Shown one piece after another: positions 12,561 through 24,731 of a DNA stretch of 64,000 nucleotides. The position numbers were made by a program, and so were the translations under genes. Numbering within the stretch: the first letter of the stretch is position 1; each line of letters opens with the position of its first letter. Origin of the DNA: Felis catus (Eukaryota); NCBI RefSeq assembly GCF_018350175.1, contig NC_058368.1:20338001-20402000 (forward strand), written 5' to 3'. The notes beneath the pieces were generated by a model. That model worked only from the letters and a program-made list of their open reading frames with translations, was not told where the DNA came from and ran no database searches.

Positions 12561-14059
12561 TACTTCTGTGCCTAGCGTTGGATACTGAGTCTGGCAAATG
12601 TTGCTGAAAGGGTGACCGAACACAGGGGCTGCGAGTGTTCTAAGCCCTTGGAGGAAACCAGAAAATTCTCAAAGATGTTCACCTTGTTTTAAAAAAAAGA
12701 GACTTACAGTTTTATTAAAGCATTCATCATGGGCAAGGCAGAATACGTAACAGAACAGACGTGGTCCAAATAATTAAGTTTCATCCCACTGGGAGATTTA
12801 CTTACTGGAACAAGTCTGGAAAAAGGGTACCATGAGTGACAGTGGTTAATTCCCACAGCCTCTCAAGAGTTGACCCAAGTGACCTCTGGACTCTTCCAGG
12901 CGTGAGTAATATAATGTGGAAAACATTACATTGTGAACTGGCTGTGCTTTGATGCCTTCACTGTTCCATGATGTTTTCCAGAATTCAAAGTATTGTACGG
13001 AGTCATCTCGAGGTAAATTAGGTCATTTTCTTCCCATTCTATCTTTGGTTAGCGGTCTTCGACTGCAATGGTCGCTTTGACATGGCACCTAGGATTCTCA
13101 CAGGGTAGAGGTTGCTAAGCACAGAGAACTGTTTGCCAGAGGTTGTAGAATCTTCTCTTCTGAAAGGGAAAGCAGCTCTTTTAAATACAAGGATTCCTTA
13201 GTTCCTCGGGGTCAGGTGAGATGTTCTCCTGCTGAAGGGAAGTGTATTGACCCCGTGAGTTCCCCAGGCCTCCCTCTGCATTATGATTCCATGATCCTAT
13301 TAATGTTTGACAGAAGGGCAAGTCTAAATGTGCAATTCCATATAACCCTTGAGTTTTCTCCTGGGGATGAAATTGAATAGAAAATGGAATATATCATAGT
13401 GATGGGAATCTAGCCGTGTGCTTTGGAATAGTAACTAACTGCACAGCTTCATCACCTTGGAAACAAGCGAGGCCTGATATGGCGACCTCAGAGGGCGTGT
13501 GCGGCTGACTCAAAATTGATCTGGATTTGGCTTCACGGTGGGAGGAAACACATGTGATGGTTCATCTGTGAGTCTGGGAACATTGACAAATGGTGTTCTA
13601 AGTGATTTAAGAAACCAACAGTGCATTAACCCAAAAGATCAAGGCGCAACCCCCTGGTTTTATGCTAAAAGGAAGGGAATGTGGGTCAGCGTGCTGTGGA
13701 AAGTTTTGGGTTGTTTTGCACATGATGCTAAATATCGGGATGATTCATGGAAAAAAAAAAAGACTGTCAAACATCTGCCCATTTCGTTTATATGATGCCA
13801 AACACTGAGATATTTGGAAACATTGAAATGTGTGACATCGCAGTGACCAACTTTCTGGATGAACAATTATGTGAGGGTTGTTTTTTTTTGTTTTTTGTTT
13901 TTTTCAATTCCTTATTTTGGTGCTGCAGAAATCATTTTTGAAAAGTTGCTTTATTATATGTAACTAGGATTTACATTGCATTTCAAAACATAACCTAGGG
14001 CTGTCCAGAGAGGTTTTTGTTATTGTTGTTGTTTCTTTTAATAAGTGTTTTCCAATCCT

Positions 14060-14272
14060 ATCATAGCATTTTTCCCAACAGAAAGACTATAGAAACTTTT
14101 TGACCTCTCAGCAGCAGCCCACACAGGCAGCCACACCCTCCTCCCTGGAGCACTCCCTTTACTTGATATCGTCCCCTGTTGGTTCTCTTCCCACATCTCT
14201 GAAAATTGCTTCTCAGATTCCTCTGCCAAATCCTACAGATCAATCTGACTTCCTGTATTAGAATCCGTCCTA

Positions 14273-14322
<50 letters not shown>

Positions 14323-15100
14323 ATTCTCCACTCATTACCTTGGTGACCCTATGCAAGCTCACAAATACGAGCACTATCAATATGCTGATGACTTCTAAAT
14401 ATGCATCTTTAAAAAGAAAGTTTGTTGGCTTATTTTGAGAGAGAGAGCAGGGGAGCAGCAGAGGGAGAGGGAGAGAGAAACTCTTAAGCAGGCTCCGCCC
14501 TGTCGGCTTGGAGCCCGATGTGGGGCTCAAACTCAGGAACTGTGAGATCATGACCTGAGCCGAAATCAAGAGTCTGACACTCAACAGATTGAGCCACCCA
14601 GGTGCCCCCTAGATTTGCATCTTTGACCCATTTCTCCTAGCTGAGCTCCAACCTGAAGTTCAATTCCCTACCTGGTATTTTTCCTTCAGATACCTCAGAG
14701 ATATGTCAAATGCAACATGTCCAAAACAGAAATTATGATCCTTCTCCACAAACCTGCTGTTTTTCTTAGTATACAATCCCACCACCCACCAGAAACCAGG
14801 GAGTCATCTCTGGTACTTCCATCTGTCCCACCTTTCACATCCAATCATCATAAGTACACCTTGTAAATGTTTCTTGAATTGTCCCCTTTTCTTCATCTCC
14901 GATGGAAAGAACTCAGTCAACATTGTTGCTAATTAGATGATAGAAATGGCTCTCAACTGGCATCCCTGTACCCACTCCTGCCCTCTAACAATACATTCTC
15001 TACACCAGATAAAGACATTTTATAGAAATGCAAACCAAATCATGCTACTTCTCTGCTTAAAGCCCTTCCATAATCTCCCAGCACCCTTAGGGGCAGAAGG
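14060..15100 (+). mobile_element. L2 LINE relic containing (CT)n and a SINE
   Basis: tgacctctcagcagca, tatgctgatgacttctaaat, caacatgtccaaaacagaa, ctctgcttaaagcccttcca. Confidence 0.75.
14411..14608 (-). mobile_element. Can-SINE
   Basis: TSD ctaaatatgcatcttt/ctagatttgcatcttt. Confidence 0.9.
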
Positions 15101-16224
15101 AAGAGTGGGATTGCAGGACAAGACTACATACTATATCTTAAAAATGTTGAGCCTTGACATGTCTGTGGGATTCAGTTAGGGTTCCCTGGCAGATAGAGGC
15201 CACAGCAGGAGATGTAGCTATGGTAGTCGCTACAGGAACTAAGAACCAAATGGAGATGTTATAAAGGTAAACCAGGTGGATCTCCATTAGGGCTTACAAA
15301 ATGGCAATCAAAATTGAACGTGGCCATGGCATTCTAGAAGCTTCAGAGGATGAAGAACTCTACTTTGCCGGGCCCTGCAGAACTAACCGGTGTTTTAGGG
15401 GCTGTTTTGTATACATCTAACTCACAAGTGATTGATGTATGACCAACACGTCAGTTCATTAATTTAGAGTGAGAAATAGGACCACTAAGTTCTCCCAAAG
15501 ACTTAAGTTCACTGCTCAGTATGTTCTCTGTCTGAGGACAAATCAGTGTAAGACACATTATGATCAGAAGGCTGTTTGGTGAGTATAAAACCCATGACAG
15601 AGAAGTGAGGTTAAGGATTCTTTTTGAACTGTTGGTCCAGAACAATCACATACAAGTTTCTAGGCACTGTTTGAGTCTGTGTCTTAAAGTGTTGTTTGTG
15701 CTTTTAGCTAAACTTGAGGTTGGGGTGAAAATAATGAAGCAGTTTCTGTCTATACATGAGAATTATTTTCTACAGATGGTTTTTGCTCCCTTATAAAAAC
15801 GAAATAGCAAATAACCAACCTAGAAGACACCAGGCTGCAGAAATGTTCAGCATTTAGATAGAAATATTTAGCTCAAAATATATCATAATTCAAAAGGTAA
15901 CTTTGTACTCTCCACAGGAACCAGCTGGAAGAATGTTCTAATTTATTAAACTTTTTACCCTGAGGAAGATAAAGCAGTTGAGCGAACAGTTCTTTGATTC
16001 CTTTCTTCTGCTTGGGTCTTAGAAAAAAATAACCAGAGAGAGAAGCACCATGCTTCTGATGTAATTGCCGTGGGGGGAAAAGAATCAGTGAGGAGGCAAG
16101 CTCTGCTCTAATGAGCAGAAATTAGGAGAGGCACAATGAATGTTCTGAGCACAGGACTGCTGAGATTTGTGGTATTTCTCCTGCTCCTCCCTGCCCATTA
16201 GGAGGATAGTGAGACTTTAACTCC

Positions 16225-16445
16225 GAGCCAGGCACTGTTCGACACGCTTCAAATATATTAACTCGTTGGATGCTTAAAACCCTGTGAGTTAGATGCTCTA
16301 CTTATCCCCAGTTGACAGACCAGAAAAATGAGGTACCGTGAGGCAGGTAATTTGCTGAAGGCATATAACCAGTCAGTGGATGAGCTGGGATTTGAGCGTA
16401 GGAGGTTTGATTCTTGAGTTAACAGTCCCGAGATCCCAGCCTCTT
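16225..16445 (-). mobile_element. MIR SINE
   Basis: tatccccagttgacagaccagaaaaatgagg...ggtaatttgctgaagg...gagctgggatttgag. Confidence 0.75.
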
Positions 16446-17399
16446 CCTTTTGCTCTCCTTGGAAGTGACAGAATCTCAAGTTGATGATTTATGGTCCTGG
16501 AAGAGCCCGTTACATCTGCGTGCAGGAAGCCACAATCAGTTTGAGGGGACATATGCCTGCACCCAAGGAGGGGTTCCACCGGAGGACCAAGATAAGGAAG
16601 GTGCTGAGGTAGGGGCTGGGACATTGGTGCCTTTTCGATTTTTTTCTTTCTTGCCCACATAGCAAAAGATGAGATTCTTTTCTTAAGTACCCTGGCTCTG
16701 GGCTGCTTACTTCAGGCAGATTATGGGATAGGGGGGTGGGAAAACAGGGTATGAACCACGGCAGTGAGCTCTCAGATCTGGCCACAAGGGTTCCCTCTCC
16801 TCTGGTCTGTGTGTTGGACACGTGGACAGATTGGCATTGTCTTGTTACTCTTTCTTTAGGCCACCTGCTAGCCACACCCTTCTATTCAAGTCGTTCTTCA
16901 GCAAGAACAAAGTGCGATAGTTCAGATTTCGGCTTTCTTAGTTAAAAATCTCCAGTTGTGCCTTTGGGAGGGGAAGGTACTCCCAAGCCAGTTGATTGGG
17001 CTTGGACAGACGCAAACAGCTTTAGTTTTGTATTTATGTGCCATCTCTCTATTTTCTTCTATATATGGTTAATATTATTCTCCGCATTACTGACTTTTCT
17101 GTTTAACGCTGAGCAGGTGACATTACTCACAAGTTATGTTGACAGTGGTGGTGGGGATGGGGTGGAAATTGTCTCACTTCTCCCAGTGGATTAATATAGG
17201 AAGAATGCTGTGAGCATTTAATCGAGAGCCGTTGTCAGGAAGAGAAGGAAAAGAGTCCAGGAGACCCTGGGAACATCACTGTTTAAGAGAGGAGCACGAG
17301 AAGGAGGAAACTTGGAAAGATCTAGATTAGTGGGAAACTACCTTACAGAAGCCAAAGTAGAGTTTGGGCAAGGACCTTTGTCATCACGAATGTCAGATA

Positions 17400-18022
17400 A
17401 TCTGTAAGAACCAAGAAGGTATGCAAGTGGTCCAAGTGTCCGTCGATAGATGACTGAATAGAGATGTGGCACATATGTGTGTGTGTATTCATATGTCTAT
17501 AAAATATGTATAAATTATAAATATATAAAATATGTCCACACTGGAATGTTATTCGGCCATACAAAGAAGGAGATCTTGCCATTTGTGACAGCGTGGGTGG
17601 ATCTGGAACATAATATTTTAAGTGAAATAAGTCAGACAAAGAAAGACAAATACCCTATGATTTCACTTATATGTGGAATCTAAAAAACAAACAAGCAAAT
17701 AAAAATCTAGAATCCTACTCACAAATACAGAGAGCAAACCGGTGGTTGGATGCCAGAGAGGAAGAGGGTCAGGGATAGGCAAAAGAGGTAAAGGGGATTG
17801 AGAGGTACGAATTTCCATGTATACAATAAGTAAGCCATGGAGATAAAAAGCACCGCGTAGGGAATATAGGTAATAATATTGTAATAATTTTGTGTGGTAG
17901 AGACGGTGACTACAGATATCTTGGTGAGCATTGAGTCACGTAAGGAATTGTCAAATCACTATGTTGTACACCCGAAACTAATACAACATTGTATGTTAAC
18001 TATACTTCAAAAAAAAAAAAAA
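17400..18022 (+). mobile_element. 5'-truncated L1 (ORF2 end + 3'UTR, L1MA9/carnivore-like)
   Basis: ttgccatttgtgacagcgtgggtggatctggaa...agtgaaataagtcagac...tatgttaactatacttc-poly(A), degenerate TSD acgaatgtcagata/aagaatgtcaaata. Confidence 0.9.
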
Positions 18023-20595
18023 GAATGTCAAATATCACGAGGAGGTCAAGTAGAATGAGATGAAGAGGTTGCTGAGAGAATCAGAAAGCCCTGGCGGAAA
18101 AGCAAAACAAGGTGTTACCACAGTGATGGAGAAGCTATAGCTCATAGTCAGACAGGCTGGGAATCAGGTGATGGAGACGTGGATTAACACAGGGAGAATG
18201 TTATGAACATTTAATTGAGAGCCGTGGCCAGGAAGAGAAAGAACAGAGTCCAACAGACCCTGGGAACATCACTGTTGAAGCGAGGAGAACAAGAAGGAGG
18301 AGACTCAAGAAGATCTAGATGAGTTGGGAAACCATCTTATGGAAGGTGAAATAGAGTGTATTGATCCCAGTCCATGGGCTTGCAGACCCAAATCAGACTT
18401 GAGAATTAGGCAGTGTGAACCCGAATCCAGGTGTGAGCTAAGAGATTACTCCATTACACCAGTGTGGACCGGGTGTCCTTACTGGGATAATGTCCATAAA
18501 AGGGTGCTCAAATCTTGTGGCTCAGGGTCATTTGCAAACCTGCCCTGCATAGCTGCAACTTGTTAATAGGCAGCTTTGGTTCTCAGGAATCACCCAGGAT
18601 TTCTTGAGTCACCCCAATTCTCTTGGGATAGTAACCTCAGCTCTGATCCCCTGAGAACAGTAATCTCCATGTGCTTGAAATGACAAAACTATTTACTTGG
18701 TTAGTGTGTTTACCTCTGCGAATTAAAGAAATGATGACATACACAAAATCTATTGTATTCATATTCGTTCGTTAAGTTTTAAAGTGATCTCGTACACATG
18801 AATGTAAAATTTGAAAGAAGTTCAGCATATTATTTGATCAACCTCTCCTACCTCAGGACCCTTGCACTTGCTACTCTTCTGCTTAGAAATCTCTTACTTC
18901 CAATAGTCTCATGCCTTGCTTTACTCAATCCGCTGTCTTTACTCAAATATCAACTTATCGATAAAACTTCCTCCAATCACCTTTTAAAAACTTATACTTT
19001 ATCCCTCCCAACCTCCGCTCAATTTTCTTCACAGCACTAGCCACCGTCTGCCATACTATATATTTTCATTATTTATTTGCCTTCGCTGTGCACGAGGTAC
19101 TGTTCTAAGTGCTGTGAGATACCATGATAAGCAGGCAAAACAGACTTGCCCTTTTTGGAAGAATGGTTCTGGTTTACTGCTTGGGGTTGGAGTGAATCTA
19201 AACAGGCACAGCTGAGTAACGGATACTAACTGAAGGCACAATAAAAATGAACAGGACAAAATTGTCTAGAAGGACTTCAAGCATCTTACACGATTTTATT
19301 AAGTTATATTAAGCTATTACTGAGTCATTGATGTGATTTCTTAAGCTTTAGGATAGATGCATATGGTAAAAAAAAAAAAATTCAAATAGAACAAAACCAT
19401 ATAAATGCAAAGTCAGGTTTTTTCCACCCCAAACATCTTGTCCTTTTGACCTAACTCCCTCCACCAGTTTTTTCTGCTTCCTTTCAGACATTTTTCATGC
19501 CCATGCTCACATACAAGAATATATTTTTTAGGTAATTTGCAACATTATTACAGACTGCGCTGCCTTGATTTTTGTCACTGAAGGTATTTTAGAGATGCTC
19601 CTATATAAATACATACAGGCATACCTACTTCTAGAAGAGCTTTTCTTTCAATAGAGCATTACATGGGTTGCCACATTTTAAAGGAGTAACCTACTGATGA
19701 GCCCAAACAATACCTCGATGAACATCCTTCTAGCACCGCTTTGTTATTTTGTCCGGTATAAATATACCTGTAGGGTCAGCTATAAGAAGCAGAATTGCTG
19801 ATATGAGTGTAGAAGGGCACACGACACAAGAGTTGAAAGTTTTTCCTTTTCAAACTCTAGTTTGAATGAATTAAAACTTGGTTTTACTTCTAGCATTCCC
19901 ACTGTGTTAGTCACACGCAGGGATTGACGCTTCCTTCCTCCGGCCCAGTTTCCTATCCTGATGACGAAGATATTTAACAGCTTTGCAAATAACATATCAG
20001 AGATGTAATTTATTAAAGCGGCACCAGAAAGTACCACTTACGCACTGGGAGATTTGACTTAATCATGCAATTCCACAAGCCTTTATCAAAGGCTCAGTTC
20101 ACGGGCCTGATTCATCCTTTTGTGCGCGACTCGGTCCCGTGTGTGGTCCTTAGCCACCACAGAGGGGGGGATGGAAGGCCCCTGTTGTGCCTTACCATCT
20201 GAAACTGCAGCAGTGGCCACGCGTTGAGTGGCTCGGCTGTGGTTAGCAGGAGAGCTTTCTATGAACACATTGAGTGGGGGGAGGAAAACCCCTGCGTCCT
20301 AGGGCATCACGGGGCATCCAGCCCCTCCCAGAACCTCTGGGCTCGCTCCGCCTCTGTCTGTAACCACGTGTCAGGTACACTGTAGGGATGGAACAGCCCA
20401 CGTGGAAGTCCTTGCAGAGAATATTAGAGTCGGGGAGCCGACCTACAAGTTTCAGTCTCACGAGCAGCTCTTAGAACATCACAGGCTTAAGAGCAGCCTT
20501 GGGAGAAAAAGTGCCGATGAAGTCAAACTTATTATTTTTTTTTGCAATCAGGTGGAAATATTATTATAAAAAAAAAAAATGCAGCAGCACATTTC

Positions 20596-20753
20596 TAATG
20601 GTGTGCTGCTAAGCCATTGCTCCGGAGGGGGAGCAAAAAGCCCTAATTTGTAGTGCTTGCCAATTCCTATGGCGTAAGTATTTCCACTGCGGCCAGTCTG
20701 GAAGGTATGCACAGGCTCATAAGCCAGTATGAACTGCCCCTGGCACACCACCG
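20596..20753 (+). mobile_element. hAT-Blackjack MITE (MER63-like)
   Basis: Terminal inverted repeats taatggtgtgctg...tggcacaccaccg, 8-bp TSD cacatttc/cacattgc, internal aaaagccctaatttgtagtgcttgccaatt. Confidence 0.75.
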
Positions 20754-20972
20754 CACATTGCCTTTACACGGAAGTGAAAGAACAGTTCACGTCGCCAGAC
20801 AGAAAGAACCCTTGTGTGCAGATTTTCACAACTGTATCAATATTGCCACTTGTCCAATTGATAGAGGTTAGGGATCATTTTACAACTAACAACAAAGAAT
20901 ATCAGTGTTCCAGTGGCCATCGCTGCTAACAAAACCCTAAAACATAATGGCCTCGAAAACCTATTTCATTCA

Positions 20973-21186
20973 GGGGCGCCTGGGTGGCTCAGTCGGTTAA
21001 GCGGCCGACTTCGGCTCAGGTCATGATCTCGCAGTTGGTGAGTTGGAGCCCTGCGTCAGGCTCGGTGCTGACAGCTCAGAGCCTGGAGCCGCTTCAGATT
21101 CTGTGCCTCTCTCTGCCCCTCCCCCACTTGTACTCTGTCTCTCTCTCTCTCAAAAGTAAATAAACATTGAAAAAGAAATAAAGTCC
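20973..21186 (+). mobile_element. Can-SINE
   Basis: Full-length, degenerate TSD aaaacctatttcattc/aaaaactgttttattc. Confidence 0.92.
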
Positions 21187-21202
21187 AAAAACTGTTTTAT
21201 TC

Positions 21203-22505
21203 CGTCAACAAGACTAAAAGGCAACTCAAGGAATGGGAGAAGATATTTGCAAATACATGCCAGATAAAGACAGATATCACATGGTTTCACTCTTATGTGG
21301 ATCCTAAGAAACTTACCAGAAGACCATGGGGGAGGGGAAGGAAAAAAAAATGGTCAGAGAGGGAGGGAGCCAAACCATAATAGACTCTTAAAAACTGAGA
21401 ATAAACTGAGGGTTGATGGGGGGTGGGAGGGAGAGGAGGGCGGGTGATGGGTATTGAGGAGGGCACCTGTTGGGATGAGCACTGGGTGTTGTATAGAAAC
21501 CAATTTTGGGTTCAATAAACTTTATATGAATAAAAGTAAAGGGCTAGTATCCAAAAGCTATAAAGAACTTACCAAACTTAACCTCCAAAAAACAAATGAT
21601 CGGGTGAAGAAATAGGCAAAAGACATGAACAAACAATTTTTCAAAGAATACATCCGGACACACGAAAGGATGCTCGACATCACTCATCATCAGGGAAATA
21701 CAAATCAAAGCCACAATGAGACACCACCTCCCATCTGTCAGAATGGCTAAAAGTAACAACTCAGGAACCAACAGATACTGGCCAGGACGTGGAGAAAGAG
21801 GAACCCTTTTGCATTGTTGCTGGGAATGCAAACTGGTACAGAAACTCTGGAAAACAGATTGGAGGGTCCTCAAAAAATTAAAAATAGAACTACCCTACGA
21901 CCAGCAATGGCACTACTAGGTATTTATCCAGAGGATACAGGAATGCTGATTTGAAGGGGCACACTGCCCCCCCCCCACATTTATAGCAGCACTATCAACA
22001 GTAGCCAAAGTATGGAAAGAGCCCAAATGTCCATTGACTGACAAACGGATAAAGCAAATGTGGTATATTTATACAATGGAATAGTACTCGGCAATCAAAA
22101 AGAAGGAAATTTTGCCCATTTGCAACAACGTGGATGGAACTAGAGTGTATTATGCTAAGCGAAATAAGTCAGAGAAAGACAAACATCATATGATTTCGCT
22201 CATATGTGGAATTTAAGAAACAAAACAGATGAACACAGGTGAAGGGAAGGAAAAATAAGATAAAAACAGAGACAAAGGCAAACCGTAAGAGACATACAGA
22301 GGACAAACTGAGGGTTGCTGGTGGGGTGTTGAGTGGGGGGATGGGCTAGATAGGAAGGGCATTAAGGAGGGCACTTTTTGTGATGAGCACTGGGTGTTGT
22401 ACGTAAGTGATGAATCACTGGGTTCTGCTCCTGAAACCCTTATTGCAATGTATGTCAACTAACGTGGACTTAAATAATAAGCAAACAAAGAAACAAACAA
22501 ACAAA
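21203..22505 (+). mobile_element. 5'-truncated L1 (ORF2 C-terminus relic + 3'UTR)
   Basis: ORF 21716-21919 ([32 protein letters not shown]) is the L1 ORF2 cysteine-rich C-terminus, followed by 3'UTR and an (AAAC)n tail. Confidence 0.93.
21270..21535 (+). mobile_element. Younger felid L1 3'UTR fragment nested inside the L1
   Basis: Interrupts the outer L1 between agataaag and taaagggctagtatcc, same sequence family as 32114-32490 and 59193-59409. Confidence 0.88.
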
Positions 22506-22855
22506 AATACCTGTTTTATAATGCTCGCAGATTTCTGTGGATCAGGAATTTGGACAGGGGAGATTTGGGGATGGCTTACCTCTGTTATATTATTGGGACC
22601 TCAATTGGGAAGACTCCAAGGCTGGGTACGATAACTGGGGGAATGGGATCATCTGTCAGGCTTCCTCACACATCTGGTGGCCGACATTGGCTTTCCTCTG
22701 CTACTGCATCTGAGGCTGTTGGCCACAGCATCTGTTAACGGCCTCTCCATGTGGCTGCTTGAGCATTCTCGTCGATTGGCAGCTACGTTTCAAGAGCAAG
22801 CATTCCCAGAGAACTAGATGAAAGGCGTATTGCTTTTTTTAAAAAAGTTTATTTA

Positions 22856-23080
22856 GGGGCACCTGGGTGGCTCAGTCGTTTGAACAGCTGACTTCAGCTC
22901 AGGGCATGATCTCTCAGTTCGTGAGTTCAAGCCCCACGACAGGCTCTGTGCTAACAACTCCGACCCTGGAGCCTGGAGCCTGCTTCAGATTCTGTGTCTC
23001 CCCCTCTCTCTGCTCCTCCCCTACTTGCCCTCTGTCTCTCTCTCAAAAATAAATAAACATTAAAAAAATTAAAAAAAAAT
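22856..23080 (+). mobile_element. Can-SINE inserted in the tail of an antisense SINE
   Basis: TSD aaagtttattta (22844-22855 / 23081-23092). Confidence 0.9.
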
Positions 23081-23120
23081 AAAGTTTATTTATTTTGAGA
23101 GACAGCTCGAGTGGGGGAGG

Positions 23121-23156
<36 letters not shown>

Positions 23157-23283
23157 CCCAAGCAGGCTTCATGCTGCCAGTGCAGAGTGTGATGCAGGGC
23201 TTGAACTCACAAAACTTTGAGATCATGACCTGAGCCAATATCAAGAGTTGGGCGCTTAACTGACTCAGCCACCCAGCTGCCCC
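23081..23283 (-). mobile_element. Can-SINE body (rest of tail at 22834-22855)
   Basis: Degenerate TSD aaaggcgtattgcttttt/aaagctgtagtgcctttt. Confidence 0.9.
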
Positions 23284-24310
23284 AAAGCTGTAGTGCCTTT
23301 TATGATGTAGCCTTGTTTCATATTTGCTTATTTCTTCAAGGGAGTTTTTAAGACACAATGTCATTGCTAAAATTATAAGCCCATCAGGGTTCAAGGGGAG
23401 GGAATATAGATGCTACCTCTCAAGAGGAGTATCAAAGCCACATTTCAAGAAGAGTAGGTGGAATGGGAGGTATTTTAATGGCTATTTTTGGAAAAATACA
23501 ATGGGTCAGAATTGGCATTTAGGGAACTCTTCAGAGAAGTAGACTGGGAATTACTCCCACCCAGTTCTCCCAAACTCTCTTGAAGCTTTGGTCCTTCAGG
23601 GAGACATCTAAAAGCTCTGTTAACTATCCATTTTTTTGAGGTGTTCCAGACTCTATGTTCTAGACTCAATCACCAGAGAACAGTGTGAGGGGATTCTTAG
23701 CTTAAGAAGCCAAAAGAATCATATTCATCTATCCAACAAAAATGTGGTGGCACCTGCTATGTGCCTGGCACCATGCTGGATACTTGGGAGAACAGACAGA
23801 TATGGTCCTGCACTCCAGGTGATTGCCTCCTAATGAAGGAGGCAAACAACAAAGTAACAAATAAATACGCAAAATGTTGATAACTTGCAGCAAATACTAC
23901 AAGGACAATAAATAGGGTATGTGATTGAGAATGACTGGCAGGGCCCTTGCTTATGCTGGATAAGGCAAGTCTAAAGTCCCCGAGGTAGGAAGGAGGGAAG
24001 TGTGTTTCAGAGGCACAGTGAGAAAGGGGGAGTCAGATATGACCAAGGGGCTGGGTGGAGATAACACTGTGAAGCCATCAACCCAAAGATGACATTGACA
24101 CTGTAGGGGAAGTAAAAGGTGACCCAGAGAGAGCGGACGGGTGGCAGGGATGGGGAGACCTGGTGCACAGAGGAACACCCTGTTTGGAAGTATGAAGGGG
24201 AAAGAAGAAGGAGGGAGGGACGGCAGTGATGGAAGAGGGGAACTAGAAACCACAACGACACAAATGCTACCGAAGGGAAGGCTTCCAGAATGCGAGAGCC
24301 GCCATCTGCT

Positions 24311-24385
24311 GAATCCCTCGCTCTCTGCCCCTCCCCCACTAGTGTGCGCACGCACCCTCTCTCTCTCAAAATAAACATTTTTTTT
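24311..24385 (+). mobile_element. 3' half of a split Can-SINE
   Basis: gaatccctcgctctctgcccctcccccac...ctctctcaaaataaacatt with no adjoining head. Confidence 0.85.
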
Positions 24386-24414
24386 AAAGCTTTACATTTA
24401 CATGAAACCAATTA

Positions 24415-24638
24415 TTACTAAATGTGTCCCCCCAAATTCACATGTTGAAATCCTAACCCCCACTGTGATGGTAGTGGGAGGCGGGATCGTTGAGGGATGT
24501 TGAGGTCAGAAGGGTGGAGCCCTCATGAGTGAGATTGGTACCCTCCTACAAGGGACCCTAGAGAGCTCTTTCCCACTTTCCCCACCACATGGGAATACCA
24601 TGAGCAGATGGCAGTCTGCAACCCGGAAGAGGGCTCTC
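24415..24638 (+). mobile_element. MaLR LTR 5' part (MLT1A-like)
   Basis: tgtgtcccccaaattcacatgttgaaatcctaacccccactgtgatggta...ggtggagccctcatga. Confidence 0.85.
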
Positions 24639-24731
24639 TGCGCTGTCAGCACAGAGCCTGATGTGGGGCTCCATCCCATAACCCGGAGGTCGTGATCTGA
24701 TGCTTAACTGACTGAGCCACCCAGGTGCCCC
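24633..24731 (-). mobile_element. 5' half of the split Can-SINE
   Basis: gctgtcagcacagagcctgatgtggggctc...gactgagccacccaggtgcccc with no adjoining tail. Confidence 0.85.

Larger units (their letters stand above)
20900..23500 (-). mobile_element. MaLR LTR (MLT1E/F-like) split by nested L1s and SINEs
   Basis: LTR pieces at ~20900-20970, 22510-22833 (cagatttctgtggatcaggaatttgg, ggcctctccatgtggct) and 23284-23500. Confidence 0.7.

Noticed and set aside
13485..13512. CTCF-like acctcagagggcgt next to an AP-1 site tgactca
   Set aside because: Only 10/14 match to the CTCF core, and a single AP-1 heptamer is expected by chance.
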